Positions 59,201 through 64,000 of a stretch of DNA of 64,000 nucleotides are shown here, piece by piece. The position numbers were made by a program, and so were the translations under genes. This stretch comes from a virus (Duplodnaviria > Heunggongvirae > Uroviricota > Caudoviricetes): the IMG/VR virus record IMGVR_UViG_3300031994_000003, positions 130,820 through 194,819 of that record. One strand, written 5' to 3'. The notes under the pieces are model-generated. The model searched no databases and had not been told where the DNA came from. It saw only the letters and a list, made by a program, of their open reading frames with translations. How positions within the stretch are numbered: position 1 is the stretch's first letter; each line of letters starts with the position of its first letter.

Positions 59201-60395
59201 TTTCATCTAATCTTACGCTTGTTTGGAATTCTGCTTTATCAAATGTGTTTTCTTCATCACTAGACATTATTGAAGATACTTTATCTAATGCAGCAACTTC
59301 TTTTTCTAGTTGTTTAGATAAGTTTTCAGCCTTTATGTTACGACTTCTCTTATTCTCAATATATTTAATAGTAGATAATTTTAATTCATCATCAGTATCT
59401 ATTTTATTTACAAGATCATTGAAAGATAGTTGAGATGCTTCTGGACTATTTAAAACACTGTCAATTTTCTTATCAATCTTCATCATTAAGATACGGTCTT
59501 CTTTTGTTGTTTCTTCAAAGTCATTAACATTATGTGCTTTTAACTGTTTAGCAACTCGTTTAAATACTTCATTTTTTATTTTTTCTTTTACATCTTCTTC
59601 ATAATCTTCATCTGATTGTGTTGAATCATCATCGTCAATATCATCTAATGTTTCTCCATCAACGCCACCAACGAAATTATTCAATCTGGCAAGTCTCATA
59701 CGAATATCACCAAAGTTTTTTTCAACTGATTCATCATTTGGATCAATTGACATTAATATACCTGATGCACTATTAAAGATAAAAATTCTTTCAAATCTTT
59801 TATAATAATTTGCTTTACCATCATTTAAATCTTTTAAAAATAGCATCAATGGATTAGTAGTCATTCTAGCAGCACTTTTAATTGTTTGATTAAAATCATC
59901 AATAAATGCATCTAATGTAAATACTAAATATGCCTTATCATATCCAACTTCATCCATATGTGCATTTAATTCTGTGTGCATGTATTCTCTAATAGAACTC
60001 ATCGCAGCAATACCAGCTTTTATTCTTGTTGCTGTCTTTGCTGTTTCAATATATTCATTTGAAACATCCCATAAGAAGTTTTTACCTCCGAATAATGTTG
60101 GATTAATTTTACAATACATGATACGACCATTTGTTTTATCTTTTAAATCCCCAAATAATTGTGAAACATCATATTTTACAACAGCACGTTTCAATGGACG
60201 AATTATTCTTGGAGAATATGCTCTCATTATTTGTTGTGGTCTAAATAGTTCTGATTTAATAGTATTATATAATGAGTCTTTGTTATCTGTTAAAATAAAA
60301 ACTAAATTACCATCTGTTCTTTTAGCAGTATCAAAGTTTAATGTACGATTTTTTAATAATCTATTAAGTCTTATATCTTTTGGAGCTTGGAACAT
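56268..60395 (-). CDS. rpoB: RNA polymerase beta subunit, large fragment (probably virion RNAP)
   Basis: IPK..D.YLYIGGNKY, TP.SGSVG, RAAMQVAQTKH, F.FEDS, GDKL...KGVVS, TPTGVISRMT; long N-terminal extension; ends before the beta C-terminal region; late-type promoter. Confidence 0.9.
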   Translation of the reverse strand: MFQAPKDIRLNRLLKNRTLNFDTAKRTDGNLVFILTDNKDSLYNTIKSELFRPQQIMRAYSPRIIRPLKRAVVKYDVSQLFGDLKDKTNGRIMYCKINPTLFGGKNFLWDVSNEYIETAKTATRIKAGIAAMSSIREYMHTELNAHMDEVGYDKAYLVFTLDAFIDDFNQTIKSAARMTTNPLMLFLKDLNDGKANYYKRFERIFIFNSASGILMSIDPNDESVEKNFGDIRMRLARLNNFVGGVDGETLDDIDDDDSTQSDEDYEEDVKEKIKNEVFKRVAKQLKAHNVNDFEETTKEDRILMMKIDKKIDSVLNSPEASQLSFNDLVNKIDTDDELKLSTIKYIENKRSRNIKAENLSKQLEKEVAALDKVSSIMSSDEENTFDKAEFQTSVRLDERIKKSALPAMDREYNSKYLKRDINNAISSFSQENFSPIAVTNIEYVDTSDDFNEKETVKVQYKTDENQALSFQLDIPKIIDDHYLYIGGNKYTIAKQLYRLPIVKTKYDRVEITTSYQKMTIERRGSKLSRRNVYLLKILKTYDNKDVKIYYGDNSLINSGFDNDFEYEELSSSISRIESKDIDVIFNRQVIQEHIESYEFDEDFITSDMTPFALGDKNDFYFIKNTEVFHAFVENHIQKIESENMNLFEFLLRKVLFVREDNLPSIGKSFIYTTVKFLTVVMPIIVLTGLMNGLQDILKRHKVNYQISEKRLALGHNWVEVKFKDKYMYYEDKIQNTLLLNALYILDTENYDFEDFEKDDPYMDYLVDKLGQPRYAKNMFQINIEKMIDPITKEILIEQHQPTNIIDLLLYANNLLINNACLPLNDMKNWRIRGNEIIAAVLYGKLSEAYKKYQQYKLNGNPTNLSINKSEVIQTLIGQPNINTTSMLNPIMELENAYALTAKGYKGVNLDKAYTLEMRSYSDSMVGFISGNSTPYSGSVGITRGLVFSPELTSVRGYVNNSNIKELNAANMLSAAELLSPFTAAQADAPRAAMQVAQTKHTVPVQVMSKQLFGSGANKEIAYMISDDFCFKAKQNGIVEEIDEANKVAILLYDDGTRDAIDLNEVLVKNSNSGFYIKQTFLIAFKQSERFKKYDVIAYNPSFFKGKGDDVDFCPATLAKIAITAGDFAFEDSTAITEKLSRKCATRITTCKAVSLDATTIIHEIKNVGDEIESGENLMTFTSSGDSISADIMQSLYAKLDASIIQDYTQESVKSKYSGDIVDIRIYYNHPFEELSPSLQQLITNYNNNIIKRRKKLEKLGVKTSSLKLQPTEMQTNKKIEGTEYDGVLINFYIEYFDEMGIGDKLSFQTALKGVVSKVMSDDESPLSTYRPENEIEAILTPTGVISRMTADIYSTLYVNKVLVELGQQIKEIWNS

Positions 60396-60425
60396 TTATA
60401 TCAATTCCTTTCTTGCTTTTTTACA

Positions 60426-60491
60426 TATAATAAATTGTTCAAGGGTATAAAAATTAACAAGAAAAAAAAGACAAAGTTATACTTTGTCTTT
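60426..60491 (-). promoter_or_regulatory. Terminator plus late-type promoter AACAATTTATTATA (60426-60439)
   Basis: AAAGACAAAG-TTATA-CTTTGTCTTT hairpin; similar to 30827-30889. Confidence 0.65.
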
Positions 60492-60876
60492 AAAATCCTA
60501 TTGTTATAAATTGCTTTTTCTCATCAACTTCAATGATATCACCTAAACAATAACGTCTAGAATTTTTATCCCAAAAACCTAATTCTGGAATTACTGAACG
60601 TTTAAAAATTGATACAAATGGTAATCCATTGGTTTTCATTGAATTTTTAGTACATGCATATGTATCATAAAAATCATCTAAATATTGCACTTCAAATTTA
60701 TCCGGATTAATAACTAAATCAATTGTTTTTGCAACTTTATCTGCATCAACGGGAGAGAAAGATTTTTCAAACATATTATCCCAATCTTCTCCAGTCCAGT
60801 CATCTAAAGATTTATTGCCTAGATATAGTTTAATAATATGTCCATAAGACTCATAATCAATTATTTTATATTCCAT
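60490..60876 (-). CDS. Hypothetical phage protein
   Basis: KIIDY...G.IIKLYLG....W.G.DW pattern. Confidence 0.7.
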   Translation of the reverse strand: MEYKIIDYESYGHIIKLYLGNKSLDDWTGEDWDNMFEKSFSPVDADKVAKTIDLVINPDKFEVQYLDDFYDTYACTKNSMKTNGLPFVSIFKRSVIPELGFWDKNSRRYCLGDIIEVDEKKQFITIGF

Positions 60877-62735
60877 CTTAAATGACTCCTTTTACTATTT
60901 ATTAAAAAATCTATTGCTTCATTCATTAATTCATTTTTCTCATTCTTAATAAATCCATTCATAACACCAAGATATAAATATGACATTAAATCAAAATATG
61001 AACAATCAATACTTACTACTTTTGTTATATCATCAATAGAAATATTTAATGTTTTAAATTTTTCTGCAAGTAAATCATTTGATTGTTTAGTATTTTCTAA
61101 GAAATGCTCTAATTTAATTAATGTTCTATTTAATAATGGATATGTGAATGAATTTTGTGGGGTATCATTTCTTAATTGAATAGATATTAATAAATATAAT
61201 TTTATTAATTGAATAATGTCACTATTATCAAAATTATAGCTTGATGCTTCATTTACAATTAATGGCTTTGTAACTATAAATAATTCTTCAGTCCTTCTAA
61301 TAGAATCTTTATCTCTATACGTTAATGGACAATTTAATAATAAATGAATTATACATAATGCACGATTACATATATTAACATCTACATATGGCATTAAACT
61401 TTCTAATTTAACTAATGCAATTTTTATAACATCCATTCCATTAGAAACACTAGATTTAATTTTAGCATTTGCATAATTTTCTAATCCAAAAGATAATGCA
61501 GTTAATATTGATGTAATTACTAAAATTGCTGCAGATTTATTAGTATTACTTAAATTTGCTAATATACCATCATTTAATGATCTATTTGTAAATTTTAAAA
61601 TATTTAATAAATCTAATAATTGATTATATGCATTTGATGCAATAAAATCATTTGATTCATATGTTTTATCTTCACCATAAATTGTACATGGGAATAATTT
61701 ATGAATTAAATAATTAATACATTTTCTTCCATATATTGGAATATACATTTGAGTTTTGTCATTATATGGTGTATCAAAATATGTATTTGATATCTCATCA
61801 ATTATTTTAATTGTATTTGTTTTTAATAAGCCACCCAACAATATTGTCATTGCAACATCATATGAATATTTTGAAAATGTGGTATCAATTGATCTTTCAT
61901 ATGCTTTTTCAAATGTCGAAGATTCAAATAAAAAGCATTTATTACTTTCCATTTTCTTATTATAATGCGCCTTTCCATGCTCATAATAATGACGTTCGCT
62001 ATTTTCATATTCACCAACAGTTGTTATTAAAGCAGATTTGCCATAATAATTTCTTTCATATGTACTAACATATCGTTCTAATATTATATCCATTAAATAT
62101 TCAAATGATAAAGAATTTAATACATTATTATAAGGATGATAATTTATCTCATCAATTAATATATTATAATAATAATTTCTGGCTATATTATCATTATAAC
62201 TACTAGAATTACTACTTCTGCTTTTTTCTCTTATACCAAATGTTGATAGTTTCATATCGTCACCAAAAGGATGAGGATCACCAGTATCACATTTAGCTTC
62301 TAACCATGTAGAAATACCATAATCATATACTACACAATCCAATCCTAAATAATTATGAATTAAATGTAGATATATATCTTTAATATTATTACATATATGT
62401 ATATTAACAAAAATATCATCCACTTTAAATGGACAAGATTTTGAAATATGGTTGTCCTCAGCTAATGAAATATTACCAGAGAGATCACATATATCAACAT
62501 TATGTGATAATTTTTTACTTAATACATAATAGTCAAAATCTGTTGTATAAATATTTAATTCCTTTACATCTTTGTCCATAAGATGAAAATATTTTCTAAC
62601 AAAATCTCCTTGAATTATACATGGAATCTTTAAATCACAAATTGTATTTAAAATGGTTGTTATATTTTGTGGAAATACATCATGAGATGCTCTATCAGAT
62701 TCTATTATTGCAAAATATTTAAATAAATTACTCAT
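60861..62735 (-). CDS. Degenerate CCA/poly(A)-polymerase-like protein
   Basis: IIQGDFVRKY...DVKELNIYT aligns with YLVGGCIRD...PKDFDITT; C-terminal LNISIDDI...VMNGFIKNEKNEL resembles the CCA tail LEINGYDV...VVNDRLKNDKEEI. Confidence 0.5.
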   Translation of the reverse strand: MSNLFKYFAIIESDRASHDVFPQNITTILNTICDLKIPCIIQGDFVRKYFHLMDKDVKELNIYTTDFDYYVLSKKLSHNVDICDLSGNISLAEDNHISKSCPFKVDDIFVNIHICNNIKDIYLHLIHNYLGLDCVVYDYGISTWLEAKCDTGDPHPFGDDMKLSTFGIREKSRSSNSSSYNDNIARNYYYNILIDEINYHPYNNVLNSLSFEYLMDIILERYVSTYERNYYGKSALITTVGEYENSERHYYEHGKAHYNKKMESNKCFLFESSTFEKAYERSIDTTFSKYSYDVAMTILLGGLLKTNTIKIIDEISNTYFDTPYNDKTQMYIPIYGRKCINYLIHKLFPCTIYGEDKTYESNDFIASNAYNQLLDLLNILKFTNRSLNDGILANLSNTNKSAAILVITSILTALSFGLENYANAKIKSSVSNGMDVIKIALVKLESLMPYVDVNICNRALCIIHLLLNCPLTYRDKDSIRRTEELFIVTKPLIVNEASSYNFDNSDIIQLIKLYLLISIQLRNDTPQNSFTYPLLNRTLIKLEHFLENTKQSNDLLAEKFKTLNISIDDITKVVSIDCSYFDLMSYLYLGVMNGFIKNEKNELMNEAIDFLINSKRSHLRWNIK

Positions 62736-63486
62736 ATTTTACCTCCTTTAAAAATACATCTTCAATAAAATTACTATGATATTTATTAAATATTTTTTCT
62801 GTGTTTATATCAATTGTTATTTTATTTAGATATTCACTAAATTTAGAATGATTAGTAACTAAATAATCTAATTTTTCTTTAAGTTCTTCTATTAATATAG
62901 GAATATCAATAGTATTTCTTTTTAATAAAAATTCCTTAGCTGTTGTATTTTCTGCATCTGATAGAGAATATGCATCTATATAATTGCATACTATATTTAA
63001 TAATTTCTCAATTAAAGTAAAAAAATATTCTTTAATTTCTTCTTGCTCTGCATCAGTTTTAATTGAATATCTATTATATAATTTTGTTATATAATCTAAA
63101 ATATTGAATGAGAACATTTTATATCTATCATAATATCCACTATTATTTTTTATATTAAGAATGTTTTTTCCTAAATCTGTTATATAAATAAAATCATTTG
63201 ATGCTAATAGTCTTATGCAATCTAAATCATTCATTAATAAACCATCAAAAAATCTAGATACCGAATAGATAATTGTATCTGTTTCTTTATCATTATATAT
63301 AGTTAATTTATTAGAATCGAGACCAAGAATATCTTGATCATTACCAAGTGTTATACCTCGTAATGCATATTTTGAATGTTCAGTTTGTATATAACTTAAT
63401 AAAATTATATTATTACCTAAAAACTCATCTTCATAAAGAAAACTATAAGCAGGAGAATGAATTATTTTATTTAATATGGCATCCAT
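62728..63486 (-). CDS. Degenerate RlaP/YcgL-like (Nuc-transf) nucleotidyltransferase
   Basis: YSFL...FLGNNIILL...LRG...ILGL...ETDTIIYS..RFF.LL matches that family's scaffold, but the GS..YG...SDxD catalytic segment is absent. Confidence 0.5.
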   Translation of the reverse strand: MDAILNKIIHSPAYSFLYEDEFLGNNIILLSYIQTEHSKYALRGITLGNDQDILGLDSNKLTIYNDKETDTIIYSVSRFFDGLLMNDLDCIRLLASNDFIYITDLGKNILNIKNNSGYYDRYKMFSFNILDYITKLYNRYSIKTDAEQEEIKEYFFTLIEKLLNIVCNYIDAYSLSDAENTTAKEFLLKRNTIDIPILIEELKEKLDYLVTNHSKFSEYLNKITIDINTEKIFNKYHSNFIEDVFLKEVKYE

Positions 63487-63680
63487 TATTTAAATATAGC
63501 CTCCCAACATTTATTACATATACCTGTATTTAATAGTTCTCTTTTTTCTGGTTTCCAATTTGGAAATACATCCTGAACACATTCATTTGCTAATCTAGGT
63601 AATTTTTTATATTCTTCATCTGTAAGTTCTACAGCATATTCATTCTTACAAAATGGGCATGTACGTTTTAATATTTTCAT
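63486..63680 (-). CDS. Small Zn-finger phage protein
   Basis: CPFC...QDVFP....RELL.TGIC..CW. Confidence 0.75.
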   Translation of the reverse strand: MKILKRTCPFCKNEYAVELTDEEYKKLPRLANECVQDVFPNWKPEKRELLNTGICNKCWEAIFK

Positions 63681-64000
63681 TTATTTTCCTCCTCCTTCTT
63701 TTTTAGCTTCATATAATTCATCCAGTATTTCAATATAATTTTCTTTACATGGATATACTGTTATTAAAGTATATGATCTAGATGCTTTAGCAACTTTATA
63801 CACATATACATTTCCTAAATAATATGTTTTTTTAGTTTCAGTATTACCTTTAGTTAATCCTTGCATATATGTTACTAAATTATTTATTTCTGGGTATATT
63901 TCTTTTTTTATTTTTTTAACATCTGCTAATTTTACACCTTTCTTAATAGCAAAGCTAAAAGTTTTAGTTAATTCTTGTTTCTTTCTACTATCTAATCTTT
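63681..64000 (-). CDS. Hypothetical protein, 5'-truncated by the window edge
   Basis: The frame is open to the window end (RLDSRKKQEL...); LITVYP near the C-terminus is reminiscent of RelE/DUF4258-type folds. Confidence 0.65.
   Translation of the reverse strand, partial: RLDSRKKQELTKTFSFAIKKGVKLADVKKIKKEIYPEINNLVTYMQGLTKGNTETKKTYYLGNVYVYKVAKASRSYTLITVYPCKENYIEILDELYEAKKEGGGK

Noticed and set aside
15346..60395. Bacterial chromosome or prophage interpretation based on rpoB/rpoC, cca and the ATPase
   Set aside because: The RNAP subunits are split and highly divergent, host-like genes are interleaved with virion genes under phage promoter motifs, and there is no integrase or ribosomal operon.
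60861..63486. Calling the degenerate nucleotidyltransferases pseudogenes
   Set aside because: The ORFs are long, uninterrupted and translationally coupled with SD sites, which argues for maintained proteins.
5761..63533. Short overlapping or antisense ORFs in the track (e.g. 5977, 10302, 20225, 22105, 26677, 27874, 35595, 54353, 59128, 59974)
   Set aside because: They are shadows of longer well-supported genes, lack SD sites and have atypical composition.
1..64000. Stop-codon reassignment (TAG or TGA recoding)
   Set aside because: Core genes are full length in the standard code, coding density is high, and TGA and TAG serve as real stops (e.g. 23662, 12585).
1..64000. tRNA, rRNA or self-splicing introns/inteins in TerL, RNAP or PolB
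   Set aside because: No cloverleaf or TpsiC motif was seen in the short intergenic gaps, and the conserved genes are uninterrupted with no obvious intein termini. tRNAscan/Infernal would be needed to exclude them fully.

Overview
The window is a very AT-rich, densely coding segment of a jumbo myophage genome of the AR9/PBS1/phiR1-37 type. It has a T4-fold morphogenesis core scattered across it: portal, terminase large subunit, tail sheath, putative tail tube, gp13-like neck, major capsid protein and gp21-like prohead protease. It also carries pieces of what appear to be two multisubunit RNA polymerases: a large beta fragment, a beta' C-half and a second, separate beta' C-terminal piece. Replication genes are a split family-B DNA polymerase and an SF2 helicase. 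Accessory genes include a restriction-like nuclease, a free-standing homing-endonuclease-like gene, a CCA-adding enzyme plus three other nucleotidyltransferase-fold genes (two apparently catalytically dead), and Bacillota-type host genes (P-type ATPase, TrkA-C membrane protein, DUF2974 hydrolase). The intergenic DNA shows two promoter classes. About 16 copies of AACA-N6-TA (AR9 non-virion-RNAP late type) precede structural, replication and ion-transport genes. Six ATATATTAT motifs (early type), five followed by a 5' hairpin, precede accessory cassettes and the beta' gene. Other highlights are a 1175-aa head protein with seven tandem-like peptide modules separated by [LIV]xE protease-type sites, and an unannotated pair of paralogous 34- and 40-aa basic peptides under an early-type promoter. 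No tRNA, rRNA or CRISPR array was seen. All calls come from motif recognition by eye; no database search was run.
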